Shown: positions 20,446 through 28,633 of the stretch, one piece after another | How the letters are laid out: each line of letters starts with the position of its first letter | Position numbering within the stretch: the first letter of the stretch is position 1 | Notes under the pieces: model-generated | Seen by the model: only the letters and a program-made list of their open reading frames with translations | Databases searched by the model: none | Told to the model about the DNA's origin: nothing | Position numbers and translations under genes: made by a program | DNA from: a virus | Lineage: Duplodnaviria > Heunggongvirae > Uroviricota > Caudoviricetes | IMG/VR virus record: IMGVR_UViG_2537561991_000019 | Coordinates: 1 to 42,125 of that record | Length of the DNA stretch: 42,125 nucleotides | Reading direction: 5' to 3' (one strand)

Positions 20446-20829
20446 TCAGTAACGACCGCGCCTTCCGGTAATTTCATACCGGCAAATACCGGACAGCCCG
20501 GGGATCGTTATCTGCAGCTGGTTAGCCAGGGAGTTAATCTCAGCGACCAACACTGGCTTCGTATAGCGCCATGCCGCCAGCCCTTGTCCACAGAAGCTCG
20601 CCATATCTTTTTTCTGATCAAACTCATGACACTTCATATTGAGCTGCGCACTTAAGCTGTTGCGATGCTGAAGTTCTCCGGTGAAGTAGTCATCCAGGAC
20701 TTTATAGGCTGCATATTTAAATCCGGGGTTTAGCCATGCTGCATAATCATAAGCAACAAACTTCCCGCCATATGTTCCACCGTGTACACCGCGCTCAGTA
20801 AAAACCACAGATTCGTGTTTTTTCTCCAT
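20446..20829 (-). CDS. Hypothetical late-region protein
   Basis: 127-aa ORF immediately downstream of Rz; no family confidently recognised. Confidence 0.45.
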   Translation of the reverse strand: MEKKHESVVFTERGVHGGTYGGKFVAYDYAAWLNPGFKYAAYKVLDDYFTGELQHRNSLSAQLNMKCHEFDQKKDMASFCGQGLAAWRYTKPVLVAEINSLANQLQITIPGLSGICRYEITGRRGRY

Positions 20830-21297
20830 CTACTTAATGCGCTGGGTGCGGATATATTCCTGCGCCCCTTCCAGTTGCTTCTGCATCGTCATCAACCGTT
20901 CTCTGAGGGTGAAATAATCCCGTTCAGCGGTGTCTGCCAGTCGGGGGCTGGTTGCATTATCCATGCTGGTGGGTCCGGTGGCTTCACGCACGGCTGCGGA
21001 GCAACTGGCATTGACCCGCAGGCGCTTACGACCAGCGGCAACATCAGCGCGCAGAGTTTCATTTTCAGTTTTCGCATCGGCTAACTCCTTCGTGTATTTT
21101 GCATCGATCGCAGCAACATCACGCTGACGCTGCTGCATGTCAGCGATGGTGGCGGTCGCCTGCTTCAGCTCACTGACTTTTTTATCACGCTGTTCTTTGT
21201 AGGCGATGGCGTTATCACGGTAATGATTAACAGCCCATGACAGGCAGGCGATGATACAAATAACCAGAGCGGAGATAATCGCGGTTACTCTGCTCAT
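20830..21297 (-). CDS. Rz: Spanin, inner membrane subunit (i-spanin)
   Basis: 155 aa, [34 protein letters not shown]..., near-identical in pattern to lambda Rz. Confidence 0.9.
   Translation of the reverse strand: MSRVTAIISALVICIIACLSWAVNHYRDNAIAYKEQRDKKVSELKQATATIADMQQRQRDVAAIDAKYTKELADAKTENETLRADVAAGRKRLRVNASCSAAVREATGPTSMDNATSPRLADTAERDYFTLRERLMTMQKQLEGAQEYIRTQRIK
20892..21077 (-). CDS. Rz1: Spanin, outer membrane lipoprotein subunit (o-spanin), embedded in the +1 frame of Rz
   Basis: [22 protein letters not shown]... has a lipobox (VVSAC) and a Pro-rich body ending ...[15 protein letters not shown], as lambda Rz1. Exact start Met uncertain. Confidence 0.8.
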   Translation of the reverse strand: MRKLKMKLCALMLPLVVSACGSMPVAPQPCVKPPDPPAWIMQPAPDWQTPLNGIISPSENG

Positions 21298-21770
21298 ACC
21301 TCAATCTCTCTGACCGTTCCGCCTGCTTCTTTGAATTTTGCAATCAGGCTGTCAACTTTATGCTCGAACTGACCATAACCAGCGCCCGGTAGTGAAGCCC
21401 AGATATTGCTGCAACGGTCGATAGCCTGACGAATATCACCGCGATCAATCATCGGTAAAGCGCCACGCTCTTTAATCTGCTGCAGAGCTACAGCGTCCTG
21501 GCTTTCTGGAGAAAAATCTTTCAGGCCAAGCTGTTTACGGTAAGCATCCCACCAGCGTGAAAGAAGCTGGTAACGTCCGGCGGCTGTTGATTTGAGTTTG
21601 GGGTTTAGCGTGACAAGTTTGCGAGGATGATCGGAGTAATCCGTGAATAACTCACCACCTACAATAACGTCGTAGCCGTGATTGCGGGTTGGCTGTCGCC
21701 CGTTATCCGTTCCTTCTGACCACGCCAACATATCGAGGAAAGCTTTACGCTGGGAATTTAGTACCTGCAT
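21294..21770 (-). CDS. R: Endolysin (lambda R-type lytic transglycosylase)
   Basis: 158 aa, ...[20 protein letters not shown]...[20 protein letters not shown]..., matching lambda R almost residue for residue. Confidence 0.95.
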   Translation of the reverse strand: MQVLNSQRKAFLDMLAWSEGTDNGRQPTRNHGYDVIVGGELFTDYSDHPRKLVTLNPKLKSTAAGRYQLLSRWWDAYRKQLGLKDFSPESQDAVALQQIKERGALPMIDRGDIRQAIDRCSNIWASLPGAGYGQFEHKVDSLIAKFKEAGGTVREIEV

Positions 21771-21773
21771 AAA

Positions 21774-22109
21774 TTACTCCTTAGAGCCACCAAACTTGTT
21801 ACCGATTACTCGCATTGCAGCCCCACGAATAGCATCGACACCGATCAGCCCCACACCGCCACCAATGGCAACAGAAAGTGATTTAGGCCATCCGACATAC
21901 TCAAGAGCGGATGCAAAGGTCAGCGTCAGAGCGCCACAGAGCAAAATCTCGAGCGTTTTTCGCTTCCAGCCACCACCACCGCCAAAATAGGCGATGCGCA
22001 AACCAGCCATAACGATCGACATAATCACTGCACCCAGCGGCGTGTCTCCACGCCACCAGCTCTGAAACAACTCCAGCCAGTCCGGCCAGGTATTTGGGTT
22101 ATGAGGCAT
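21774..22109 (-). CDS. Holin (three predicted transmembrane segments; not lambda S-like)
   Basis: Start at MPHNPNTW preceded by GAGGTGAGAG; three hydrophobic stretches; immediately upstream of the endolysin. Confidence 0.75.
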   Translation of the reverse strand: MPHNPNTWPDWLELFQSWWRGDTPLGAVIMSIVMAGLRIAYFGGGGGWKRKTLEILLCGALTLTFASALEYVGWPKSLSVAIGGGVGLIGVDAIRGAAMRVIGNKFGGSKE

Positions 22110-22140
22110 TTCGTCATCTCTCACCTCGCGATATTTGCGG

Positions 22141-22170
22141 GTGCTGTGTTGGAAATAAAAAGGCCACGCA
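22141..22170 (-). terminator. Intrinsic terminator (tR'-like) between the methyltransferase gene and the holin
   Basis: Minus strand GGCCACG-TTGC-GTGGCC followed by TTTTTATTT (plus-strand hairpin 22152-22168), about 30 nt upstream of the holin start. Confidence 0.55.
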
Positions 22171-22185
22171 ACGTGGCCACCAGAA

Positions 22186-23238
22186 TTATTTCCCCACCAG
22201 TTCACTTACCTCTTTCACCGTCTGATTAAACCGCTCTGACTCAAGTTCAACACCTAACGCCCGACGCCCCAGCGCCATTGCTGCTTTTATTGTGGAACCG
22301 GATCCCATAAAGAAATCAGCAACCAGATCACCAGGGCGACTACTGGCATTGATTATTTGCCGGAGCATATCCGCCGGTTTCTCGCACGGATGTTTACCCG
22401 GGTAGAACTGAACGGGTTTATGCGTCCAGACATCGGTATAAGGCACGGAGACTGATACGGAGAAATAGCGCCGGAGAGATTTAAACTCATCCAGCAATTC
22501 AGAATATTTGCGATTCAGTGAATCATAAGATGCCACCAGCTGGTGGTGTGGTTGTTCCAGTTGTTGTTCCTGAAACTTCTCTGCCGCTATACGGGAAAAC
22601 AGTGCCTGTAACTTCCGATAGTCAGCCTCATTCGGCAACTGCCACTGACTGGCACCAAACCAGTGGGAAACCATATTTTTCTTACCTGTGGCTTCGGCAA
22701 TTTGTTTTGCCGTTATACCCAGTTCGGCACGAGCATCCCTGAAATACGATATCAGCGGTGCCATTATGTGCTGTTTGAGTTCCCTTTCTTTTGCTGCATA
22801 GCCGTCACTTTTGCCGCGATATGGCCCCTGGTAATGTTCAGCAAACAGAACGCGCTCTGTGGCAGGAAAATATGCGCGCAGACTTTCTTTATTACACCCA
22901 TTCCAACGTCCGGACGGCTTCGCCCAGATGATATGGTTAAGCACGTTGAAACGTTCACGCATCATGATCTCAATATCAGATGCCAGGCGATGCCCACAGA
23001 ACAGATAAAGGCTTCCGGCAGGTTTTAACACCCGCCAGAACTGGGCCAGACAGTGGTCCAGCCACTTAAGGTAATCTTCGTCCCCTTTCCACTGATTGTC
23101 CCAACCGTTGGGTTTCACCTTGAAGTACGGCGGATCGGTAACAATCAGGTCAATGGAATCATCAGGCAGGGACTGAATAAAATGCAGGCAATCAGCGTTG
23201 ATTAAATCAACACTGTTTATTTTTACAGTATTTTTCAT
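22186..23238 (-). CDS. DNA methyltransferase, beta-class N6-adenine/N4-cytosine type
   Basis: DPPY motif (VTDPPYF) near the N-terminus and an AdoMet-binding FxGSGST motif (FFMGSGST) near the C-terminus. No Shine-Dalgarno before the only available ATG. Confidence 0.8.
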   Translation of the reverse strand: MKNTVKINSVDLINADCLHFIQSLPDDSIDLIVTDPPYFKVKPNGWDNQWKGDEDYLKWLDHCLAQFWRVLKPAGSLYLFCGHRLASDIEIMMRERFNVLNHIIWAKPSGRWNGCNKESLRAYFPATERVLFAEHYQGPYRGKSDGYAAKERELKQHIMAPLISYFRDARAELGITAKQIAEATGKKNMVSHWFGASQWQLPNEADYRKLQALFSRIAAEKFQEQQLEQPHHQLVASYDSLNRKYSELLDEFKSLRRYFSVSVSVPYTDVWTHKPVQFYPGKHPCEKPADMLRQIINASSRPGDLVADFFMGSGSTIKAAMALGRRALGVELESERFNQTVKEVSELVGK

Positions 23239-23388
23239 GGATCAGTAAGCGTAACTCTGGTAGGCTCACTCTGCTTTTGCGCTAAAGCAGTGGGCCGTGG
23301 TTCGCTTGTGACCAGTAAGCATGAGCGAATGGCTGGCAGGTGCTACCAACACCCACCAGCCGCCCATTTTCACAGCAGGAAACCGCCA

Positions 23389-23616
23389 TTACTGGCAGCG
23401 TCTGAATTTATTCCCGTACCCGCCGTTATCCTTCGCCAGCCCCGCCAGAACTAACTGAGTCAGTATTAACTGGCACCGGGCTTCGCTTACTCCGGTAGTT
23501 CTCGTCATCATGCGTGGCGTTACCCACTTGTCAGCAGGTAAGAAATGAAGGACTGCGGCGGCGGTTTCTGTCATATCTTGCTGTTTTAGCATGTCTTTTT
23601 CCCTTCTGGTTAACAT
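23389..23616 (-). CDS. Small hypothetical protein
   Basis: 75-aa ORF (or shorter from an internal Met with AGGG upstream) between the upstream terminator and the methyltransferase gene. Confidence 0.3.
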   Translation of the reverse strand: MLTRREKDMLKQQDMTETAAAVLHFLPADKWVTPRMMTRTTGVSEARCQLILTQLVLAGLAKDNGGYGNKFRRCQ

Positions 23617-23711
23617 GACATACCAATAACTCTTGTCTAAAAAGCCAGCAAGATAAAAAGTCAGTATTCACGACCACCAGCGTGTTTACTGTACTGCACC
23701 AAGTTTACAGG

Positions 23712-23742
23712 TACAAAAAACCCGCTCAGTGGCGGGTTTAAG
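23712..23742. terminator. Bidirectional intrinsic terminator downstream of the uncharacterised cargo gene
   Basis: AAACCCGC-CACTGA-GCGGGTTTTTTG on the minus strand; the same stem is flanked by an A-run and a shorter T-run on the plus strand. Confidence 0.55.
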
Positions 23743-23868
23743 TTGTGTGGCGAAGTAACCACTCTTAACACACTAATAGCATTTTTGTTATAACACAAGT
23801 AGCTCATTCAGTATTTTTAGAATCTTGACTTTCTTAAGCACGGCGAACTCTGAATACCAAACATAAAA

Positions 23869-24486
23869 TCAATTATCTTCCAGGCCGGATGCTATCAACG
23901 AAAGCCTCTCAAAAAACGCTGTAGCAGCCTTGTCCAAAGTTGAATAAGTACTGTATTCTCCGTGTTCGGGACCAACCACTACCCATGGTCGTCTTTTTGG
24001 GATTCGGGATTTCTCAGAAATCACTGTTCCAGATATACCAATATCAATTGTTACACCTGTTATTATTTTCTCTTCATCTCTTTCCCTGAACTCAATTGCC
24101 ATAAATGCCGTTTTTTTTCGTTTCCCGTTTTTAAAAAAATCAAATAAAGCAAAGCGATGCTCATTAAAATCAACACCCCATCGTCCTTCAGGATAAAGGG
24201 CATGAAAGTTGTCATTTACGCTCTGCATCGTCTCATAAGCTTTAACTTCTAAATCTCCATAATGCATAGATACCGCGCAGGAGTCACTGGGTAACTGTAT
24301 TTTCCCAAGATTGAAAACCTTTACTGCTCCAGAACTATGGCATCTTGCCCGCAACTTATCCCCATTTATACTAATCGGAGAAATATTCCTTAATGTTCCG
24401 GGCTGGCTCCCTCCTAAGTAAACGACTGTTAAAGATTGCTTATTTTCAATTGCATCAACTAATACATGCTCTACATTTTTATCCAT
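23869..24486 (-). CDS. Uncharacterised protein (~205 aa) in AT-rich cargo DNA between Q and the lysis genes
   Basis: Start at MDKNVEHVLVD preceded by GGGAGG; region visibly more AT-rich than the flanks; followed by its own terminator. No recognisable catalytic motif. Confidence 0.6.
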   Translation of the reverse strand: MDKNVEHVLVDAIENKQSLTVVYLGGSQPGTLRNISPISINGDKLRARCHSSGAVKVFNLGKIQLPSDSCAVSMHYGDLEVKAYETMQSVNDNFHALYPEGRWGVDFNEHRFALFDFFKNGKRKKTAFMAIEFRERDEEKIITGVTIDIGISGTVISEKSRIPKRRPWVVVGPEHGEYSTYSTLDKAATAFFERLSLIASGLEDN

Positions 24487-24561
24487 AATAACCTCCCAAT
24501 GAACAGGTATCATCAGGAGGTTATTATAAAATATGATTATTTACTTTGATTGAATTTATTA

Positions 24562-24948
24562 CTATATGTAACAATCAATTTCTAAAGATACCCCCAACAT
24601 TGCCAGACAACCGTCAATAAACCCTTCAGCTTTCTGCAGTCTGATAACAACCTGATTAAGTGATATCCCCAGTTTTACCCCCAACGCCCGTAATGTAACC
24701 CCATACACATAATACATTTCCAGTAATTCGTATTGATACGGTTCCTTTTTCTTAAGAACTGTCATCGCAGAGCTAATGATCAGGCCATCGTCATCGCTAC
24801 ATTGCGGGCGGGATTTTACTTTCGAAGGAATTAATCCCTTAAAACCTGCAGCAACAGATGACCATTCCACATCCTCGTGATTATTTGCCACCCATGCCCC
24901 CCAACGTTCAAGAACCATTTGAGTATCACGCATCAACTTTCTCCACAA
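24562..24948 (-). CDS. Late-gene antiterminator Q (QuuD-like short Q family)
   Basis: ~123-128 aa, ...MRDTQMVLERWGAWVANNHEDVEWSSVAAGFKGL..., resembling the remembered DLP12 QuuD; sits just upstream of the late region. Start could be the Met at 24933. Confidence 0.7.
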   Translation of the reverse strand: MWRKLMRDTQMVLERWGAWVANNHEDVEWSSVAAGFKGLIPSKVKSRPQCSDDDGLIISSAMTVLKKKEPYQYELLEMYYVYGVTLRALGVKLGISLNQVVIRLQKAEGFIDGCLAMLGVSLEIDCYI

Positions 24949-24950
24949 AA

Positions 24951-25946
24951 TCAGGGCAGCACGCCTATTGCCAGCGCACGATCGATAAAACGAAATATCA
25001 GCTCCAGCTGGGAGCCATACTTCTCTTCAAATGCCACGGTATCCGCATGCAGCTCGTCGTGATGCTTTCTGCACAAAGGCAACACAAAAAGGTCATGCGC
25101 TTTTGTAGCCATTCCACCCTGACCGTGACCTATCAGGTGGTGGGGATCATCAGCAGGCTTTCCACAACATGCACACGGCTGTGTCTTAACCCAGCGCGTG
25201 TACTTTTCATTAACCCAGCGGCGACGTTTTGGGCGTAACATAAAAGACTCCGGCGACTCCGGATCCACTTTCAGCGCCAGCACCTTTTTCGCTTTATCCT
25301 GGATGATGCTGGTGGCAGGAACCGAAGGCACAAGGTCACTTTCCCGGGTGACAGACGGCACAACAGGCTTCGGTAATCTCAGTGCCTTACGGGCTGCACT
25401 TTCCGGTAAGGCATCCGCCAGGTCATTACGAATCAGCCACCAGCACAGTTCCGGCATTGTCACAACGTGACTGTCATCAAAACCGAGATCCCGACGCACA
25501 ACAGACAACACCCAGCGGGTACAGTTATCCGTTGCCATTGATTCCAGTCGTTCCGTGAACTGATCGCGCAGCTGGTTATCGCAGTGCCAGCACAGACGGA
25601 TTGCACCCGGAGCGTGTCGCATTGTGGTCATGTTCTCGCTGTGCCAGTCGGAATGAGGCCACTGGCAGCCTTTTTCACGAAGTAACCAGCTTTCAAGACA
25701 TTCCACGCCACCAGCACGACGGATCACTGCCTCATTGCGGAACACGGCCCGAACGGCAGGATCATCCGCCAGCGGTTGTGATGCCGCCGGAACGGCACCA
25801 CTGGCGAAAGATGAATAACGCTCCGGCTCAGGCTCCAGCAGGACACGCCCCTGCATAAACAGGGGCATCAGCTCTGAACCTGGCCTGAACAATACGATCC
25901 CCATACGCGGGGCAATTTCAGGGGTCAGTAGTGCTCTCACGGTCAC
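24951..25946 (-). CDS. DUF968-like phage protein with C-terminal HNH-like Cys/His motif
   Basis: 331 aa; C-terminal ...CACCGKPADDPHHLIGHG...LPLCRKHHDELH... resembles an HNH/zinc-finger motif; adjacent to Q. Confidence 0.5.
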   Translation of the reverse strand: MTVRALLTPEIAPRMGIVLFRPGSELMPLFMQGRVLLEPEPERYSSFASGAVPAASQPLADDPAVRAVFRNEAVIRRAGGVECLESWLLREKGCQWPHSDWHSENMTTMRHAPGAIRLCWHCDNQLRDQFTERLESMATDNCTRWVLSVVRRDLGFDDSHVVTMPELCWWLIRNDLADALPESAARKALRLPKPVVPSVTRESDLVPSVPATSIIQDKAKKVLALKVDPESPESFMLRPKRRRWVNEKYTRWVKTQPCACCGKPADDPHHLIGHGQGGMATKAHDLFVLPLCRKHHDELHADTVAFEEKYGSQLELIFRFIDRALAIGVLP

Positions 25947-25947
25947 C

Positions 25948-26757
25948 TCAATGAACGGTATCGAGCAGCTTTAACAGCTCAGGGAATCGGGATTCGAAGA
26001 AATGCGGCTGTGTCTCGCGCGGATTTGCGGGACTGGTGATGTTCTTGCCGAACATGCAACCTTTCGCTGTCAGCGACCAGAATTTTTTGATGTTGTTAAT
26101 CGCAGTGCGGCTGTATCGTTCGCGCTGCTCGACGATCCCCAGTTTCACCATCTGGTGATATGCCTGATTAGCCGTCAGGCGTATACCATACTGCTTCAGC
26201 AGTGCACTCAGTGACAGTGTCGGGCGACTTGAGCCATCAGGCGCGTCAGCAGGAGCATCAATGGCATAGCGCGGTGCCAGATTCGGTAAGCCAACAGCCT
26301 CCTGGAGTTTCTGACAGGCACCAAGCACTGAAGAGTTAGACAGGTTTAATTCCCGGCGCATAAAGTCCAGCAGAATCACACCAGCCTGCATCTTGTCAGC
26401 AGCCTGTCCGGATAATTTTTCCGGTGCGCTGGTTACCATGTCGAAAGTACGGATCACCTTCAGATGGAATGACGGGCTGATCCACATTGCATAGGCATAC
26501 ACCAGTTCCTTGCAGACATACGTTCCCCGTTCATTTCCCCCATGAATCACACTCACCGGGTCAACACCCAAATTCTGGGTGTTGGTCAATTCATGAACAA
26601 GCTCAACAGTTTGTTGGCTGGAAAGAAACTTTCCTGGCTCCTTGGTTCTGGCATTTGCACCAGATGCTACTGCTGCGCGATGCAGATCGTTCAGGCTGTA
26701 ACGCCCATAAGCATCACGACGAACTTCAATACCATCAATGACCATCAGATTATTCAT
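25948..26757 (-). CDS. Phage protein with possible KilA-N-type N-terminal DNA-binding domain
   Basis: 269 aa beginning MNNLMVIDGIEVRRDAYGRYSLNDLHRAA; assignment weak. Confidence 0.35.
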   Translation of the reverse strand: MNNLMVIDGIEVRRDAYGRYSLNDLHRAAVASGANARTKEPGKFLSSQQTVELVHELTNTQNLGVDPVSVIHGGNERGTYVCKELVYAYAMWISPSFHLKVIRTFDMVTSAPEKLSGQAADKMQAGVILLDFMRRELNLSNSSVLGACQKLQEAVGLPNLAPRYAIDAPADAPDGSSRPTLSLSALLKQYGIRLTANQAYHQMVKLGIVEQRERYSRTAINNIKKFWSLTAKGCMFGKNITSPANPRETQPHFFESRFPELLKLLDTVH

Positions 26758-26776
26758 ACTTCGTTTCTCCTCTTAA

Positions 26777-27166
26777 TCAGGCGGCTGCACCCGCCGTTTT
26801 CTCGTACTTACTGATAGTGATCTCGACCTTCCCTTTCGGGATAACCGGTCCCCACTCCACCAGCATTCTTTTCACCTGTCTGTCGTCTTCCCACACACCC
26901 GCGTGGGTCAGGGCGTCAAACAGCGCCTTGTTATAGTTGTCCAGATCACGGATCCGGTTATCCGGCGGAAACAACACGATCTCCACTGAAGCAGGTGCCG
27001 ACGTTGGTTTCGGCAGACGACGTAACTGCTCAACTATTGCTGCGCACGCCGCGCTCTGAAATTTTCGCCCCGCCTCGCTTATCAGGCTCTTACCAGCAAA
27101 TGCCCCTTTGTTGGGGTGTCGCCAGTACGTGTTCACACTGGGCGGGAAAGGAAGGATCAACTTCAT
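26777..27166 (-). CDS. rusA: Holliday junction resolvase RusA
   Basis: 129 aa with the RusA pattern ...DNRIRDLDNYNKALFDALTHAGVWEDDRQV... Confidence 0.85.
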   Translation of the reverse strand: MKLILPFPPSVNTYWRHPNKGAFAGKSLISEAGRKFQSAACAAIVEQLRRLPKPTSAPASVEIVLFPPDNRIRDLDNYNKALFDALTHAGVWEDDRQVKRMLVEWGPVIPKGKVEITISKYEKTAGAAA

Positions 27167-27489
27167 ACTTTCAGGCCCCTCTCATGTAACCAGTGGGCTG
27201 CACGCAACCTGGCGCTCTCCTCACCGGCAAGCAGTGCGCGGATGATACCGACCGCTTCGCTGTCGTCGTCCTTCACTGCGGTATGAAGCGTGATCCCCCG
27301 GGCCACGCCACGCTTTATCGTGATGACGCCTTTTTTCTCCAGTGCGCGAAGATGCTCCACCGCTGCATTCACTGAACGGTATCCCAGCATGGTTGCCACC
27401 TCCTGATTGGTTGGCGGAAAGCCACGCTCTTGCTGGTAAGAAATCAGCATATCCAGCACCTGCTGCTGGCATTGAGTTAACGTCGTCAT
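27163..27489 (-). CDS. LexA-like winged-helix DNA-binding domain protein lacking the S24 peptidase domain
   Basis: 108 aa; LTQCQQQVLDMLISYQQERGFPPTNQEVATMLGYRSVNAAVEHLRALEKKGVITIKRGVARGITL aligns with the LexA N-terminal domain; no C-terminal Ser-Lys peptidase region. Confidence 0.6.
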   Translation of the reverse strand: MTTLTQCQQQVLDMLISYQQERGFPPTNQEVATMLGYRSVNAAVEHLRALEKKGVITIKRGVARGITLHTAVKDDDSEAVGIIRALLAGEESARLRAAHWLHERGLKV

Positions 27490-28139
27490 GCCGCCATCTC
27501 CCTGACAAGTTTTTCTGCCTGCTGGCGAACCTGCGCCAGAAACGCCTCACCACATGCCTCAAGTTCATCGCGCCCGATGTAGCTGATTGCCGGTCCCTTC
27601 CAGGTCTTGTCGAAAACAGCAATAGCACCAGCGAAGAAAGCGCCTGTCGGCACCTGCTTCTCGTCCTTCGGGATAAACCAGGCTGGCAGTTCAAAACCAA
27701 TACGCCCGCGAATAAAAGCAATATGGTCTGCATCTTCCGGCCACCACACTTCGCTGGTGGCAGCTTTGATCAGGAAAACATAGCGCCCGCCTTTATCACG
27801 CATAGCACTGGCATGTTTCATGATGTAACGCATGCCGGTGATGTATTGCCCCTCATGCTGACTGGCGCGGCTGTACGGGGGATTACCAAAGGCAGCACCT
27901 TTAAGCTCCGCAAGACGTTCTGACCAGTCATGCGCCAGCGCGTTGTCTTCCGCAGTGTAATAAGCGGCACATTTGGCGTTATCACCATCAGTGAACAGAT
28001 CCAGAACAAACGGGCCAAACAGGGTGTTAATTCCCCAGAAAATGTTGTCCGGCGTGCGCCACTGATCGCCCACTTCCTTCAGTTCATGGGCTGGTTTGTT
28101 CCGCAGTTCCACCAGCGCCTGGCAATATTTATTACTCAT
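27486..28139 (-). CDS. Phage Dam-family N6-adenine DNA methyltransferase
   Basis: Start at MSNKYCQALVEL (TAATG overlap with the upstream stop); NPPY motif (AFGNPPYS). Confidence 0.75.
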   Translation of the reverse strand: MSNKYCQALVELRNKPAHELKEVGDQWRTPDNIFWGINTLFGPFVLDLFTDGDNAKCAAYYTAEDNALAHDWSERLAELKGAAFGNPPYSRASQHEGQYITGMRYIMKHASAMRDKGGRYVFLIKAATSEVWWPEDADHIAFIRGRIGFELPAWFIPKDEKQVPTGAFFAGAIAVFDKTWKGPAISYIGRDELEACGEAFLAQVRQQAEKLVREMAA

Positions 28140-28633
28140 TAAGCCCCCACGTAATTCCCTGATAGATACCACTCTTCACCTGATGCAGCGCGCTTGCTGC
28201 TTTTCCGTAAGCACCGCTCACGACGCGCCAGAAAATTGTTTCGTTCTGGCTGGGAGTGGCTTTCACGGAATGCCGCCATCCACACGGTTGCAGCACGACG
28301 GTATAAGCCCCTTGACTCCAGTTCTTCAGCCTGGCGGGTCAGGCACAAAATCACCCGGGGATCGTTAGTGCCGACATAGAAATTGCGCACAGGTCTGGTT
28401 TCACGAACTGGTTGTGGTTCCGGCTCCTGCGCTCTCTCAGTCAGGCGTGGGAAATGTCTGCGTGTATCTCCTTCACAACGGTGAGCCACACGCCCACTCT
28501 GACGTAACTTGCTTGCAGACTGCAGAACGCGCTGCCGTGAGTAACCTGCAAAAGCATCCGCAATGTCTCCGGAAGTACACCCCGGATGGGCTTCAATGAA
28601 TTTCTGAACTTCATTCAAAAGACTCATGATCAC
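28139..28633 (-). CDS. Hypothetical protein, possibly with a PerC-like regulator C-terminal region
   Basis: 164 aa; ...GLYRRAATVWMAAF... recalls PerC-family regulators (weak); translationally coupled to flanking genes. Confidence 0.35.
   Translation of the reverse strand: MIMSLLNEVQKFIEAHPGCTSGDIADAFAGYSRQRVLQSASKLRQSGRVAHRCEGDTRRHFPRLTERAQEPEPQPVRETRPVRNFYVGTNDPRVILCLTRQAEELESRGLYRRAATVWMAAFRESHSQPERNNFLARRERCLRKSSKRAASGEEWYLSGNYVGA

Noticed and set aside
23240-23400. Possible tRNA gene between the small ORF and the methyltransferase gene (tRNAs occur at this position in Stx phages)
   Set aside because: I could not find a convincing cloverleaf: no GTTCRANYC T-loop with a matching 7-bp acceptor stem and CCA context on either strand. 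Only a short hairpin (CTGCTTT-AGCGC-AAAGCAG) is present.
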